A stretch of 64,000 bases of DNA from Gammaproteobacteria bacterium (GTDB lineage Bacteria > Pseudomonadota > Gammaproteobacteria > Eutrophobiales > Eutrophobiaceae): assembly GCA_046757565.1 (NCBI GenBank), contig JBHHYN010000004.1:4086-68085 (forward strand). The letters are read 5' to 3'. The position numbers and the translations under genes are program-made. The notes under the pieces are model-generated. The model did not search any database. It saw only the letters and a program-made list of their open reading frames with translations, and was not told the origin of the DNA. This document shows positions 53,527 through 64,000 of the stretch, in pieces (position 1 is the stretch's first letter; every line of letters begins with the position of its first letter).

Positions 53527-54093
53527 GTGCTTTTTTCGATGTTGGATTATATTGGTTTAAAAGAACGTCTGTATCAGGCACAGGCGGAAACCGGCGCCGC
53601 AGAGTGTCACGGCTTTCTGTGCGGGCAGGTTTGTGTTTCCACTTCGCCGGCTGAAAACACGTGGCAGGAATTCCTGGACGTACAATCTAATGACGATGAA
53701 CTGATCACTGAGTGTTACAGGTATATAACGCTCCTGCTGGCGGACATCATCGATGGACTTCGATCGCCGGATCTGGATTTTCAATTACTCCTGCCGGAGG
53801 AAGATTGCACTGTTACCAGGCGTATAGAGGCCCTGACCGGCTGGTGCCACGGCTTTCTTAATGGTTATGGAGCCGGGTCAGAAGAGGGAAAAGCGTCAAT
53901 GGCAGAAGAGTGCCTGGAGGTATTGGATGACTTTACCCGGATATGCCGGGTTGAGATTGAACCGGAAGAGAGTGAGGAGAGTGAACAGGCATTTATGGAA
54001 CTGAGCGAATACGTGCGTATGGGAGTCATTTACATCTTCGATGAGATGTCCCCCGGTATGGCTCCAGACGATAAACTGGAGCGACTGCATTAA
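53527..54093 (+). CDS. ygfB: UPF0149 family protein YgfB
   Basis: 188 aa; upstream of pepP as in E. coli ygfB-pepP-ubiH-ubiI. Confidence 0.75.
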   Translation: MLFSMLDYIGLKERLYQAQAETGAAECHGFLCGQVCVSTSPAENTWQEFLDVQSNDDELITECYRYITLLLADIIDGLRSPDLDFQLLLPEEDCTVTRRIEALTGWCHGFLNGYGAGSEEGKASMAEECLEVLDDFTRICRVEIEPEESEESEQAFMELSEYVRMGVIYIFDEMSPGMAPDDKLERLH

Positions 54094-55403
54094 TGGATGC
54101 AAAGGAGTTTCCGCGCCGAAGAAAACGGCTGATGAACATGATGGGCGATGAAAGCGTTGCCATCCTGCCTACAGCATCAGTAAGAATACGGAACCGGGAC
54201 GTTGAGTTCCCTTTCAGGCCCGACAGCGATTTTTACTATCTCACCGGTTTTCCTGAACCGGAGGCAGTAGCCATGTTAATCCCGGACCGGGCAGCAGGTG
54301 AATACATCCTCTTCTGCCGGGAGAAAGACCCGAAGATGGAGACATGGCATGGACGCCGGGCCGGGCTTGAGGGGGCGTGCGATATTTACGGTGCCGAGGA
54401 CGCCTTCCCGATTGAGGATCTGGACGATATTTTGCCGGGTCTGCTTGAAGACCGGGAACGGATCTACTACACCATGGGCAATGATGCGGCGTTCGATCAA
54501 CGCGTCGTCGGTTGGGTAAAGCAGGTGCGGGACAGGGTACGGACCGGTGTCAATGCCCCGGATGAATTCATTTCCCTGAATCATCTGTTGCATGATATGC
54601 GCCTGTATAAAAGCCGGCAGGAGGTCAGGGCCATCAGACAGGCCGCACACATCGCTGCGAAAGCACATCAACGCGCCATGCAAACCTGCGAGGCGGGCTT
54701 GACGGAATATCAGATAGAGGCTGAATTGATACATGAATTCATGCGCCAAGGCGCCCGCAACCCGGCTTATCCACCTATTGTTGGAAGTGGCGAGAACAGC
54801 TGTATCCTGCATTACACGGAAAACTCAAAGGAACTCAATGACGGAGATATATTACTGATTGACGCCGGCGCTGAATATGAAGGATATGCCAGCGATATTA
54901 CGCGAACATTTCCCGTAAACGGAATATTCAGTAAGTCACAACGCACGATTTATGAAATCGTGCTGGCGGCCCAGTTGGCGGCAATAGAACAGGTGCAACC
55001 GGGAAACCATTGGAACGAACCACATGATGCCGCCATTAACGTCATCACAGAAGGTCTGCTTGCCCTGGGAATATTAAAAGGAACAAAGCGTCAACTCATC
55101 AGGGACCATGCCTACAGTAAATACTTTATGCACCGGACCGGGCACTGGCTCGGCATGGATGTGCATGATGTGGGCGAATATAAAATCGAGGGCGGTTGGC
55201 GTATGCTGGAACCCGGCATGGCGCTGACTGTAGAACCGGGCCTCTATTTCCCGGCCGGCCGCGGGCTGGCCAGGAAGTGGTGGAATATCGGCGTACGCAT
55301 CGAAGACGATGTCCTGGTCACAAAGGCTGGTCACGATGTATTGAGTAAAGAGGCCCCTAAAACAGTTGAAGAAATCGAGTCCTTAATGGCAAATCCTGCC
55401 TGA
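54093..55403 (+). CDS. pepP: Xaa-Pro aminopeptidase
   Basis: 436 aa; M24B metal-ligand motifs (DAGAEYEGYASDITRT, HRTGHWLGMDVHD, EPGLYF...RIEDDV). Confidence 0.9.
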   Translation: MDAKEFPRRRKRLMNMMGDESVAILPTASVRIRNRDVEFPFRPDSDFYYLTGFPEPEAVAMLIPDRAAGEYILFCREKDPKMETWHGRRAGLEGACDIYGAEDAFPIEDLDDILPGLLEDRERIYYTMGNDAAFDQRVVGWVKQVRDRVRTGVNAPDEFISLNHLLHDMRLYKSRQEVRAIRQAAHIAAKAHQRAMQTCEAGLTEYQIEAELIHEFMRQGARNPAYPPIVGSGENSCILHYTENSKELNDGDILLIDAGAEYEGYASDITRTFPVNGIFSKSQRTIYEIVLAAQLAAIEQVQPGNHWNEPHDAAINVITEGLLALGILKGTKRQLIRDHAYSKYFMHRTGHWLGMDVHDVGEYKIEGGWRMLEPGMALTVEPGLYFPAGRGLARKWWNIGVRIEDDVLVTKAGHDVLSKEAPKTVEEIESLMANPA

Positions 55404-55479
55404 AAGAAGCACCCGGATCCGCCTTGTGTTGTAACCCAAACAGGTTAGCTATCCGTATAAAAAACTGAAAAATTGAATC

Positions 55480-56700
55480 ATGTTGCACAGATCTGAATAT
55501 GATATTGTCATTGTTGGTGGCGGCATGGTTGGCGCCAGCCTCGCCTGTGCCTTGGCGGACGAGGAAACGGACATTGCCTTGATCGATGCCGCCCCACTCA
55601 AGCCCGGCAAGCAACCCAGTTATGATGATCGGGCCCTGGCCTTATCGTTATCATCGCAACGGGTCTTTACGGCCTTGAAACTATGGCCACAAATTGCAGT
55701 CAATGCCAATCCAATCCAGCGCATTCACGTGAGTGATCGCGGTCATTTCGGTTTCGTCAGGTTGCAAGCCGATATGTTAGGGCTGGACAACCTGGGTCAT
55801 GTCGTGATCGCCCGTGATCTGGGCAAGGCCCTGATATCCCGAATCAAGGCAGCGGTAAATATCGATTTTATCTGTCCGGCAATGCTATCGGCAGTAACCA
55901 TAGAGCAGGACAGGGTCCGTATGGACTTGATAAACGGTGATGCAACGGAACAATTCTCAGGGAAATTACTGGTGGTTGCAGATGGCACCCACTCAACGGT
56001 GAGGGAGCAACTGGGGATCCGGACGCGGATCAGGGACTATGGCCAAACCGCCATCATTGCCAATGCCACTACGGAAAAACCGCACAGGGACACTGCCTAT
56101 GAACGCTTTACCGAAGGCGGGCCCTTCGCCCTGCTTCCTCTGAAGGAACAACGATGCAAAATGGTTTTCACCCTGCCTGCCGGCGAAAGCGAGGAGTACA
56201 TGAAGATGGACAGGGAGGCCTTCCTGGCAAAGGCGCAACAACGTTTTGGCAAACGCCTGGGCAGATTCAAAACCGTGGGATCACGTCTGACACATCCGTT
56301 ACTGTTGCTGGAGGCGCAACAACAGACAGGGGACAGGATTGTGCTGCTCGGTAATGCGGCCCACACCATTCACCCAAACGGCGCCCAGGGATTTAATCTC
56401 TGTCTGCGCGATGTGGCCGCACTGGCGGAGCAGTTAATCTCCGTGATCCGAAGCGGCAAGGACCCGGGCGGCAGGCAGGCACTGGATGACTATCTCTCCT
56501 GCCGTCACCGTGATCAACAACGGGTTATGCGTTTCTCTGAAAGACTCGCCGATCTCTTCTATAATCGTCACCGCCTGAAAATCTTCGCCCGCAATACCGG
56601 CATGCTGATCACCGATCTTGTCCCCGCCCTTAAACGGGAGTGCATACGGCAGGGTGCGGGGATCACAGGATTGCAACCGGCCATTGTCCGCGGGCTGTAA
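55480..56700 (+). CDS. ubiH: 2-octaprenyl-6-methoxyphenol hydroxylase (UbiH-type FAD monooxygenase)
   Basis: 406 aa; DIVIVGGGMVGASLA FAD-binding motif; GDAAH-like GNAAHTIHP motif. Confidence 0.85.
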   Translation: MLHRSEYDIVIVGGGMVGASLACALADEETDIALIDAAPLKPGKQPSYDDRALALSLSSQRVFTALKLWPQIAVNANPIQRIHVSDRGHFGFVRLQADMLGLDNLGHVVIARDLGKALISRIKAAVNIDFICPAMLSAVTIEQDRVRMDLINGDATEQFSGKLLVVADGTHSTVREQLGIRTRIRDYGQTAIIANATTEKPHRDTAYERFTEGGPFALLPLKEQRCKMVFTLPAGESEEYMKMDREAFLAKAQQRFGKRLGRFKTVGSRLTHPLLLLEAQQQTGDRIVLLGNAAHTIHPNGAQGFNLCLRDVAALAEQLISVIRSGKDPGGRQALDDYLSCRHRDQQRVMRFSERLADLFYNRHRLKIFARNTGMLITDLVPALKRECIRQGAGITGLQPAIVRGL

Positions 56701-56717
56701 TCTCCCCCTTCCGGAAC

Positions 56718-57935
56718 ATGCCTGAGATAGAAACAGAAGTAGTCATCATCGGGGCGGGTCCTGTGGGCGCTTGCCTGGCGGCCTTACTGGGCAGTCAGGG
56801 TGTGAATTGCGTCGTCATTGATGCCCGCGAGGAGAACACCCAGGGTAGAGACGGGCAGGCGGACCCGCGGGTCCTGGCGCTTACCCATGCCTCCAGGCGC
56901 ATTTTGCAGTCATTCGATCTGTGGCGGCAATTACCGCAACAACGAATAGGACGTTTCCGGTGCATGCATGTTTGGGACGAAAACGGTAAGGGTGAGATCC
57001 GGTTCGATAGTGCCGATCTGTGTAAACAGACCCTGGGCTATATCGTGGAACAGTCTCAGTTACAGCATCATCTCGACAGGATTCTGGAGTATTTACCCTG
57101 TGTCAGCGTTTTCCGGGGCGCCTCCCCAAAAGGCCTGGTTTGGGGGAAAGAGTGGCTAACGGTGACGTTGGATAATCAGAGCTTCAATGCAAGAGTCGTG
57201 GTTGCAGCAGACGGAATCCATTCCTGGACCCGTCGCTTTGCGGATATAGGTTATCGCCTCCACGACTATAAACAGCAGGCCGTTGCCTGTACCGTTACCA
57301 CTGCGTTGCCCCATGAGCAGGTAGCCAGACAACGCTTTCTGACGAACGGGCCGCTTGCTTTTTTGCCTCTGGCCGATAGTAACCGCTGCGGCATCGTCTG
57401 GTCTACTTCGACACACCACGCACGACAGTTGCTGGATCTGGATAAGGAGAATTTTAACCGGGTCCTGCAGTCATCATTCGCGAATACCCTTGGAGAGATT
57501 ATCGAGAGTGGTCCCAGGAGCTGTTTTCCTTTGCAACGGGCGCAGGCGGAACATTATTGCAAGGAGCGTTTGGTCTTGGCAGGAGATGCCGCCCACAGCA
57601 TACATCCATTGGCCGGGCAAGGGGCAAATCTGGGGCTGCTGGATGCAGCCAGCCTTGGACAGGTTTTACTGGAAGCGAGGTCAAGGCAGAAGGATATCGG
57701 GAATATGCGCGTACTCAGACGCTATGAACGCTGGCGTAAGGGTGAAAACCGCTTCATGATGGTGCTATGCGAGGGATTAAAAACCCTTTTTGAAACCCAG
57801 ACCACTCCCTTGCCCTTACTGCGTAATACAGGTTTGGACCTGGTTAATTCGAGCTCACCGGTCAAACATTTTATTATGCGCCATGCAATGGGACTGGCAG
57901 GAGATCTGCCTGCCATTGCCAGGGTATACGGATAA
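56718..57935 (+). CDS. ubiI: 2-octaprenylphenol hydroxylase (UbiI/VisC-type FAD monooxygenase)
   Basis: Start moved to MPEIETEVVIIGAGPVGA; GDAAHSIHP motif; second paralogue following ubiH. Confidence 0.8.
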   Translation: MPEIETEVVIIGAGPVGACLAALLGSQGVNCVVIDAREENTQGRDGQADPRVLALTHASRRILQSFDLWRQLPQQRIGRFRCMHVWDENGKGEIRFDSADLCKQTLGYIVEQSQLQHHLDRILEYLPCVSVFRGASPKGLVWGKEWLTVTLDNQSFNARVVVAADGIHSWTRRFADIGYRLHDYKQQAVACTVTTALPHEQVARQRFLTNGPLAFLPLADSNRCGIVWSTSTHHARQLLDLDKENFNRVLQSSFANTLGEIIESGPRSCFPLQRAQAEHYCKERLVLAGDAAHSIHPLAGQGANLGLLDAASLGQVLLEARSRQKDIGNMRVLRRYERWRKGENRFMMVLCEGLKTLFETQTTPLPLLRNTGLDLVNSSSPVKHFIMRHAMGLAGDLPAIARVYG

Positions 57936-57955
57936 ACGGCAAGGAACATTAACCT

Positions 57956-59641
57956 GTGAATGAAACACCGGTTCCCACGAATTTTATACGCAAGATCATT
58001 GAAGAGGATCTGAGACAGAACAGAATCGATGATAGAGTTCGCACGCGTTTCCCACCCGAGCCCAACGGCTATTTACACATTGGTCATGCCAAATCCATCT
58101 GCCTGAACTTCGGTATCGCCGAAGAGTACCAGGGCGAATGCAACCTGCGCTTTGATGACACCAACCCGGAAAAGGAGGAGGAGGAATACGTACGGGCAAT
58201 TAAGGAGGATGTCCGCTGGCTGGGATTCGATTGGGGAGATCGTGAATATTTCTCGTCGGATTACTTCGAACAGCTGTATGAATTCGCCATTGATCTTATC
58301 AGACAAGGCAAGGCCTATGTAGACAGCATGAGCATGGATGAGATCAGGGAATATCGGGGCACGCTCACCAGCCCCGGCAAGGAGAGTCCCTATCGGGAAC
58401 GTCCGGTTGACGAAAATATTGCGCTGTTTGAGGGCATGCGCAAGGGAGAATTCAAGGACGGAGAGCATGTTCTGCGTGCAAGGATTGATATGCACTCGCC
58501 CAATATAAACCTGCGTGATCCGGTGATCTACCGCATAAAACGGGCACATCATCATCGAAGCGGCGATAAATGGAAAATCTATCCCATGTATGATTTCAGC
58601 CACTGCCTGTCCGATGCCATCGAACACATTACCCACTCGATTTGCACCCTTGAATTTGAGGACAATCGCGCCCTGTATGACTGGGTGATTGATAACCTTG
58701 ATACACCCTCACGCCCGCATCAATACGAGTTTGCCAGGCTTAATCTCGATTACACCGTCCTCAGCAAACGCAGGTTGATCGAACTGGTCAGAGACGCCCA
58801 TGTACATGGCTGGGATGATCCGCGTATGCCGACCATTAGCGGTCTCCGGCGCCGCGGCTACACCCCTGAGGCCATACGCAGTTTCTGTGAGCGTATCGGC
58901 GTCACCAAAAACGACACTCATATCGATATGAACGTATTGGAAAATGCATTACGGGAGGATCTGGACCGAAACGCACCACGGGCCCTGGCTGTATTGCGCC
59001 CCCTGCGTATCGTCATCGAAAATTATCCCGAGGGCAGAGAGGAACAGATAGACGCCCCCAATCATCCCGGCAAACCGGAGATGGGTTCACGCAAGGTTCC
59101 TTTTGGGAAGGTGATATATATTGAACAAGATGACTTCATGGAGGAACCGCCAAAGAAATTCTTCAGGCTCTCCCCCGGCATGGAGGTACGGCTGCGTTAC
59201 GCCTATTTCATCACCTGCACCGATGTCATCAAGGACCCGGAGACCGGAGAGATTATCGAACTCCGTTGCAACTACGACCCGGAAACCCGGGGCGGAAACT
59301 CCCCGGATGGCAGAAAAGTAAAGGGGACACTGCATTGGGTCTCAGGGAAGCATTCGGTAAAATCGGAGGTACGGCTGTATGATCGGTTGTTTAGTGTAGC
59401 AAACCCCGAGCAGGGCGATGCAGGCTGGAAAAGTTTCCTGAATCCGGATTCGAAGCAGATCCTTGATGGATGTCTGCTGGAACCCTCCCTGCTGAATGCT
59501 CAACCGGAAGACCGCTTCCAGTTCGAGCGTCTGGGTTACTTCTGTGCCGACAGATATGATTGGCAAAAGCAGAAACCGGTATTTAACAGAACCGTGACGC
59601 TGCGCGATAGCTGGGCGAAAATCGGCAGGCGCACCATCTAA
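57956..59641 (+). CDS. glnS: glutaminyl-tRNA synthetase
   Basis: 561 aa; HIGH ([13 protein letters not shown]) and MSK-type (VLSKRRL) class I motifs. Confidence 0.95.
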   Translation: MNETPVPTNFIRKIIEEDLRQNRIDDRVRTRFPPEPNGYLHIGHAKSICLNFGIAEEYQGECNLRFDDTNPEKEEEEYVRAIKEDVRWLGFDWGDREYFSSDYFEQLYEFAIDLIRQGKAYVDSMSMDEIREYRGTLTSPGKESPYRERPVDENIALFEGMRKGEFKDGEHVLRARIDMHSPNINLRDPVIYRIKRAHHHRSGDKWKIYPMYDFSHCLSDAIEHITHSICTLEFEDNRALYDWVIDNLDTPSRPHQYEFARLNLDYTVLSKRRLIELVRDAHVHGWDDPRMPTISGLRRRGYTPEAIRSFCERIGVTKNDTHIDMNVLENALREDLDRNAPRALAVLRPLRIVIENYPEGREEQIDAPNHPGKPEMGSRKVPFGKVIYIEQDDFMEEPPKKFFRLSPGMEVRLRYAYFITCTDVIKDPETGEIIELRCNYDPETRGGNSPDGRKVKGTLHWVSGKHSVKSEVRLYDRLFSVANPEQGDAGWKSFLNPDSKQILDGCLLEPSLLNAQPEDRFQFERLGYFCADRYDWQKQKPVFNRTVTLRDSWAKIGRRTI

Positions 59642-59658
59642 TAAAATTTCATCAGGCA

Positions 59659-60591
59659 GTGTCTCGGCAACAATTACAGCAAATATTTATGACCATGTCT
59701 TTAAAAACCCTGTATCGCTCCGACATAAAAAAACTGCCACTCATCAACATGGGCAAGGTACGGGACATCTATGCAGTCGATGATGAATATCTGTTAATTG
59801 TCACCACTGACCGGCTCTCTGCCTTTGATGTAGTCTTGCCCGATCCTATCCCCGGCAAGGGCGCCGTATTGACGGCTGTTTCCAACTTCTGGTTTAACCG
59901 GACACGAGACGTCATTCCGAATCATCTCAGTGATATACACCTGCCGGACGTGCTGGGCGGTGGGGACACGACAGCGCAACTGCAAAGCCGTTCCATCATC
60001 GTGCGCAGACTGAAGCCCCTGCCTGTTGAAGCAATTGTCCGGGGTTACATTATTGGCTCCGGCTGGAAAGACTATCAGGAAACCGGGATGATCTGCGGCA
60101 TCGAACTGCCGCAGGATCTCCGGCAAGCAGAACAGTTGTCAGTGCCCATCTTCACCCCTTCAACCAAGGCGGAGGCTGGTAGGCACGATGAAAATATCCG
60201 CTTTGGTGAGATCGTCACACTTCTGGGCCGGGAGATGGCGGAGAAGGTGCGTGACATCAGTCTGAAAATTTATCGGGAGGCAGCGGATTATGCACGGCGA
60301 TGCGGCATAATCATAGCCGACACCAAATTCGAATTCGGCACGGACGACAGCGGCAATCTGTTCCTGATCGACGAAGTGCTTACCCCGGATTCCTCCCGCT
60401 TCTGGCCGGTCGATTCCTACCAACCTGGGATCAGTCCGCCGAGTTTCGATAAACAGTACGTACGCGATTATCTGGAGACGCTTGACTGGGACAAGACCCC
60501 ACCGGGACCGAAATTGCCGGATCAGGTAATCCATAACACCGCGGCCAAATACCGGGAAGCACGGGACAGATTGATAAACACTGGAGAGTAA
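59659..60591 (+). CDS. purC: phosphoribosylaminoimidazole-succinocarboxamide synthase (long form)
   Basis: SAICAR synthetase motifs ([29 protein letters not shown]). The true start is probably an internal Met (MTMSLKT...). Confidence 0.9.
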   Translation: MSRQQLQQIFMTMSLKTLYRSDIKKLPLINMGKVRDIYAVDDEYLLIVTTDRLSAFDVVLPDPIPGKGAVLTAVSNFWFNRTRDVIPNHLSDIHLPDVLGGGDTTAQLQSRSIIVRRLKPLPVEAIVRGYIIGSGWKDYQETGMICGIELPQDLRQAEQLSVPIFTPSTKAEAGRHDENIRFGEIVTLLGREMAEKVRDISLKIYREAADYARRCGIIIADTKFEFGTDDSGNLFLIDEVLTPDSSRFWPVDSYQPGISPPSFDKQYVRDYLETLDWDKTPPGPKLPDQVIHNTAAKYREARDRLINTGE

Positions 60592-60625
60592 TTATTCATC
60601 AATTCTTAACCTTAATAAAACTCCC

Positions 60626-61468
60626 ATGAAATATATCGGAGCCCACGTCAGCGCCCAGGGGGGTGTCGAAAATGCGCCGCTTAATGCGCAGGCGATCGGC
60701 GCCAGGGCCTTCGCCCTGTTCACCAAAAACCAGCGACAATGGCAGGCCAAACCATTAACGGCCGGGTCCATTACCGCCTTCAAGACCAATCTGAAAACAG
60801 CAGGGATTAGTCCGGAACATATTCTGCCCCATGACAGTTACCTGATTAATCTTGGCCACCCCGAAAAAGAGGCTTTGGAGAAATCGCGCCACGCCTTTCT
60901 CGACGAATTGCAGCGTTGTGAGCTGCTGGGGATCCAGCTCCTTAACTTCCATCCGGGCAGCCACCTGAAAAAGATCCCTGAAAAAGAGTGTCTCAAGCGC
61001 ATTGCGGATTCCGTTAATTGGGCACTGCAACAGACCGATGAAGTTATAGGCGTCATTGAAAATACCGCGGGGCAGGGAACCAATGTCGGTTACAGATTCG
61101 AACATATTGCGCAGATTATTGAACAGGTCAAAGACAAGAGCCGCATAGGCGTGTGCCTCGATACCTGCCATACCTTCACCGCAGGTTACGATTTACGGAC
61201 GCCGGAAGCTTGCCGGAAAACCTTTGCAGAGTTTGACGAGGCCGTCGGTTTTGATTACCTCAGGGGCATGCACCTGAACGGCTCCAAGGCCGCATTTGCC
61301 TCACGTGTGGACCGGCATCATAGCCTGGAACAGGGTGAACTGGGACTCGCTGTATTTGATTTCATCATGAATGACGATCGTTTCTCGGATATGCCCATGG
61401 TGCTGGAGACCATCGACAGTGACCTCTGGGCCGATGAGATAGCGCTGTTATACTCCCTGCAACAATGA
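60626..61468 (+). CDS. nfo: endonuclease IV
   Basis: 280 aa; [14 protein letters not shown]-terminus and TIM-barrel AP endonuclease 2 motifs. Confidence 0.9.
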   Translation: MKYIGAHVSAQGGVENAPLNAQAIGARAFALFTKNQRQWQAKPLTAGSITAFKTNLKTAGISPEHILPHDSYLINLGHPEKEALEKSRHAFLDELQRCELLGIQLLNFHPGSHLKKIPEKECLKRIADSVNWALQQTDEVIGVIENTAGQGTNVGYRFEHIAQIIEQVKDKSRIGVCLDTCHTFTAGYDLRTPEACRKTFAEFDEAVGFDYLRGMHLNGSKAAFASRVDRHHSLEQGELGLAVFDFIMNDDRFSDMPMVLETIDSDLWADEIALLYSLQQ

Positions 61469-62193
61469 TCCCCCTCCACGACGATAACCCGACGATCGTT
61501 TTCCCGTTTTTGACGATCACTCTCATCGCTACCTGTGTACTGGTTTACCTGTGGCAAATCTCGCTCGGACCCGGGGGTTCCCAGGCTATTGTTTACAGTC
61601 TTGGCCTGATCCCGGCGGTTCTGCTGGAGAAACTGTCGTTGCCGGCGAACCTGGCGCTTGTGCCTGCGGAGATGACGATTTTTACCTCCATGTTTTTACA
61701 TGGCGGGCTTTTCCATCTGGCCGGGAACATGCTATATCTCTGGATCTTCGGAAATAACATTGAGGACGCCTTGGGCAGAAGCCGTTTTATCATTTTTTAT
61801 TTTCTCTGTGGTATCGCCGCTGCGGCAGGACAAACACTCCAGAACCCCGATTCTCAAATCCCGATGATTGGCGCCAGTGGCGCTATTTCCGGTGTCTTGG
61901 GCGCCTATCTGCTGCTGTATCCCCACGCGCGGGTGTTGGTGCTCATCCCGCTGGGGTTTTTTATACAACTGATACGCATGCCGGCGTCCTGGGTACTGGG
62001 GCTCTGGTTCGTTATGCAACTAATCAGTTCTGCCTTGTCGAACCTTGAGGGAGGTGGCGTCGCCTTTTCGGCCCATATAGGCGGATTCATTGCCGGGATG
62101 GTACTGGTGCCTTTATTAAAACGAAAAAATATTAAATTTTTTCAGAAGGCCCGTGCTCCCAGCCAATGGCACCGGCGAGTCAGGCGCCGTTGA
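61465..62193 (+). CDS. rhomboid family intramembrane serine protease
   Basis: 242 aa; [13 protein letters not shown] (catalytic Ser) and HIGGFIAGM (catalytic His) on TM helices. Confidence 0.85.
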   Translation: MIPLHDDNPTIVFPFLTITLIATCVLVYLWQISLGPGGSQAIVYSLGLIPAVLLEKLSLPANLALVPAEMTIFTSMFLHGGLFHLAGNMLYLWIFGNNIEDALGRSRFIIFYFLCGIAAAAGQTLQNPDSQIPMIGASGAISGVLGAYLLLYPHARVLVLIPLGFFIQLIRMPASWVLGLWFVMQLISSALSNLEGGGVAFSAHIGGFIAGMVLVPLLKRKNIKFFQKARAPSQWHRRVRRR

Positions 62194-62264
62194 TCGGGCT
62201 GTCGCCAACGTCCACCCCGAGTAACCACTTTTTTTGTAACGGCAGTAACCGGGATCAGTTATTT

Positions 62265-64000
62265 ATGAAGCATTGTGCATTCTTGGTAAAAAGCACCGGA
62301 TTGGTGTGTATCCTGGTCGCCGGTTTGTCCGCCCACGCACAATCTGGGCAGGCAAATGCCGTAGGTACTCCCCCCTATCCTGCGGAACTAACAGCGAAAC
62401 TGGCGGCTGCACTGGCGGCAAAAGGTCATGATTACAAACCGAGGACCGTGCATCTACGCGAGGATGGCACGCCGAAATTTACCAACCGCCTGATCCTGGA
62501 AGACTCGCCTTATCTGCTGCAGCATGCGCATAACCCCGTGAACTGGTATCCGTGGGGGAAAGAGGCCTTTGCCGCTGCACGGCGTGAGAACAAACCGGTA
62601 TTCCTCTCCATAGGATATTCCACCTGTCACTGGTGTCACGTGATGGAACGGGAGAGTTTCGATAAGCTGGATGTCGCCCGCTATATGAATGAGCATTTTA
62701 TCGCCATCAAAGTGGACCGGGAACGGCGGCCGGATGTCGATGCGACCTACATGATTGCAGTGATGTTGTTAACTCAGCATGGCGGTTGGCCGATGAGCAG
62801 TTTCCTGACAGCGGATGGTAAAACTTTTTTCGGCGGTACCTATTTCCCGCCGGACAGATTTATGAAACTGCTGCATCGCGCCGCCCAGCTCTGGCATGAG
62901 AAACAACCGGAGTTGATAGAACAGGCGAACAGCATCGCAGCGGAAGTCCAGCGGATTTCTACTGCCAATCGTCAGGCGGCTACGGTCGATGCCGCAGTAA
63001 TCAAACAGGCCATCGACCGTATCCTCCAGCGGAGCGATGATCTGGACGGAGGATTCGGCCCGGCGCCAAAATTCCCCAATGAAACCTATCTGATGTTGTT
63101 GCTGGAGGCGGCAAAACGCCATAACGATCAGGCGGCGCTCGCTGCCGCCGAACAAGCGCTTCAGGCAATGGCGCAGGGCGGAATTTACGATCAGATCGGT
63201 GGCGGTTTTCATCGCTATTCCACGGACAATCACTGGCTGGTTCCCCATTTCGAGAAGATGCTCTATAACCAGGCCAATCTGGTCCGTGCCTATCTCACTG
63301 CCTACGAAATTACCGGAAAAGGGCTCTATGCGCGCGTCAGCCGCCAGACGCTGGACTATGTGTTAAGGGAGATGACAGCAGCCAACGGTGGATTTTATTC
63401 GGCGACGGATGCAGACAGTGCCGGACAGGAAGGGGCTTTTTTCGTCTGGACACCCACCCAGATCAGACAGGCACTTGCCAAGGAGGATGCGGCACTCGCC
63501 ATAAGGCTCTTTGGTGTGACGCCATCGGGTAATTTTGAGGGCAAAAATATCCTCTACCTGCCCCGGCCCATTGAACAAGTTGCCAGACAACAATCACTCG
63601 GCTTACCGGACCTTCAGGAAAAAATTGAGCGCCTACGCACACGCTTGCGCCGGTCACGCGAGCAGCGCCCCCATCCCGGCCTGGATAACAAGATCGTGAC
63701 TGCCTGGAACGGCATGATGATCACGGCCCTTGCCATGGCAGGCGGCATACTCGGTGAACCACCTTATCTGCACGCCGCGGTAAAGGCCGCCGGTTTCCTG
63801 TGGAACAGCAATCGCGACCGCAAAACAGGGCAGCTCTGGCGCTCCAACCTTGATGACCGCCCCTCCGTGCCGGCTGCACAACAGGATTACGCCTACCTGT
63901 CCGAGGCATTCATAACCCTGTTCGATATCAGCGGACAGGACTACTGGCTGGAGCGTGCGCAGACCATTACGGAGATGATGATCGATCAGTTCTGGGACAG
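62265..64000 (+). CDS. thioredoxin-domain protein, DUF255/YyaL family; 3' end lies beyond the window
   Basis: Manual translation from the ATG at 62265 stays open to the window edge. Signal peptide; ...[22 protein letters not shown]... thioredoxin-like motif, then a six-hairpin-like region. Absent from the ORF track because there is no stop in the window. Confidence 0.75.
   Translation, partial: MKHCAFLVKSTGLVCILVAGLSAHAQSGQANAVGTPPYPAELTAKLAAALAAKGHDYKPRTVHLREDGTPKFTNRLILEDSPYLLQHAHNPVNWYPWGKEAFAAARRENKPVFLSIGYSTCHWCHVMERESFDKLDVARYMNEHFIAIKVDRERRPDVDATYMIAVMLLTQHGGWPMSSFLTADGKTFFGGTYFPPDRFMKLLHRAAQLWHEKQPELIEQANSIAAEVQRISTANRQAATVDAAVIKQAIDRILQRSDDLDGGFGPAPKFPNETYLMLLLEAAKRHNDQAALAAAEQALQAMAQGGIYDQIGGGFHRYSTDNHWLVPHFEKMLYNQANLVRAYLTAYEITGKGLYARVSRQTLDYVLREMTAANGGFYSATDADSAGQEGAFFVWTPTQIRQALAKEDAALAIRLFGVTPSGNFEGKNILYLPRPIEQVARQQSLGLPDLQEKIERLRTRLRRSREQRPHPGLDNKIVTAWNGMMITALAMAGGILGEPPYLHAAVKAAGFLWNSNRDRKTGQLWRSNLDDRPSVPAAQQDYAYLSEAFITLFDISGQDYWLERAQTITEMMIDQFWD

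Overview
This 64-kb window is mostly conserved chromosomal backbone from a gammaproteobacterium with a sulfur-oxidizer signature (soxYZ, PPi-dependent PFK plus H+-PPase), at roughly 50% GC. I found no tRNA, rRNA, CRISPR array, transposase or integrase. The six-frame track was used only as a guide; several starts were moved to internal Met or alternative codons, and most antisense ORFs were discarded.

Gene content from left to right:
- A 5'-truncated Walker A/B P-loop ATPase at the window edge (minus strand), followed by a 575-nt non-coding structured region.
- A minus-strand operon-like block: soxY-soxZ, then a CPBP (CAAX/Abi) intramembrane protease and a lipoprotein.
- bepA, pfp (PPi-PFK), hppA, maf, rsfS, nadD, proA, holA, lptE, leuS, comEA.
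- A complete Pho regulon island: a Pho-box-controlled outer-membrane porin, phoB, phoR, pstS, long-form pstC and pstA, pstB, phoU, then ppk1 convergent with ppx, and sixA.
- A SAM-dependent methyltransferase, djlA, a DUF3179 protein, fxsA, cutA-dsbD-tlpA, aroQ-accB-accC, prmA, a zinc-ribbon/DUF3426 protein, a 5'-truncated dusB remnant fused to fis, purH, purD, an HU-like protein, hisH-hisB, hemF, dtd, rpiA, ilvA.
- A 6S RNA (ssrS) candidate downstream of zapA on the minus strand, a coiled-coil zapB-like gene, then ygfB-pepP-ubiH-ubiI, glnS, purC, nfo, a rhomboid protease, and a partial DUF255/YyaL thioredoxin-domain protein running off the right edge.

The items most worth a second look:
- The accessory edge at 1-1203 (defense-like ATPase plus structured leader).
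- The soxYZ-CPBP-lipoprotein linkage, with SoxY ending in GGCG rather than GGCGG.
- An 80-nt heptamer-repeat palindrome between proA and nadD.
- The dusB remnant that still overlaps the fis start codon.
- The 6S RNA call, whose strand is supported by G·U pairs in the closing helix.
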